A stretch of 64,000 nt of DNA from Lingula anatina (lineage: Eukaryota > Animalia > Brachiopoda). The notes under the pieces are model-generated. The model was not told where the DNA came from. It saw only the letters and a list, made by a program, of their open reading frames with translations, and ran no database searches. The stretch is taken from the NCBI GenBank assembly GCA_051362555.1, contig CM120645.1:5518001-5582000 (forward strand), read 5' to 3'. How positions within the stretch are numbered: position 1 is the stretch's first letter; every line of letters begins with the position of its first letter. Shown here piece by piece: positions 63,731 to 64,000 of this stretch. A program made the translations under genes and the position numbers.

Positions 63731-64000
63731 TAAGTTCCGTTGTTGCCCCAAGGAGAGCCTAACAACGTACCAACCTATATTATTTGAGAGTCAACCAATG
63801 GCCCGATAGAAGGATTGATTAATTTTAACCTTATCTACTTAAAGATGTCATTAATCTTCATAATTAGGTTTAATAGCAACCAGCCTTGTACGTGTATGTG
63901 TTTCTAACTTTGGTCAAAGAGTGACCTTTTGTTAAGGATAACCCGTGGACGACAAAGATGGTGACCGAGTTGGAGTTACTGGTTTTGATTTTGTGGTCTT

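Overview
AT-rich, intron-containing animal (invertebrate-type) genomic DNA; there are no prokaryotic features. All gene models below were built by hand from splice sites and codon phase. (1) The 5' part of a minus-strand gene for a Pro/Ser-rich, Tyr-motif-bearing disordered protein that runs off the left edge. (2) A minus-strand GEX1/Kar5/Brambleberry-family nuclear-envelope fusion gene (6 exons, ~618 aa) whose C-terminal tail carries an AT-hook and a YNLRPR motif. (3) A complete 18-exon ATG7 (695 aa), head-to-head with (2) and only ~275 bp away. (4) A plus-strand gene with a degenerate kinase-like domain and a 66-bp tandem-repeat exon carrying two in-frame stops; a 5'-truncated RTE LINE sits in one intron. 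(5) A nested transposon cluster at 37-47 kb: LINE remnant, Harbinger-like MITE, Helentron-like satellite array, and a 5.9-kb TA-flanked TIR element with exon-like cargo. (6) A minus-strand GT7 beta-1,4-GalT/GalNAcT (bre-4-like) gene with a Thr-rich C-terminal tail. (7) A decayed L2/CR1 LINE with nested MITEs and a long hairpin. The most intriguing signals are the putative chromatin-tethering tail on the karyogamy-family protein next to ATG7, and the cargo-carrying TIR element.
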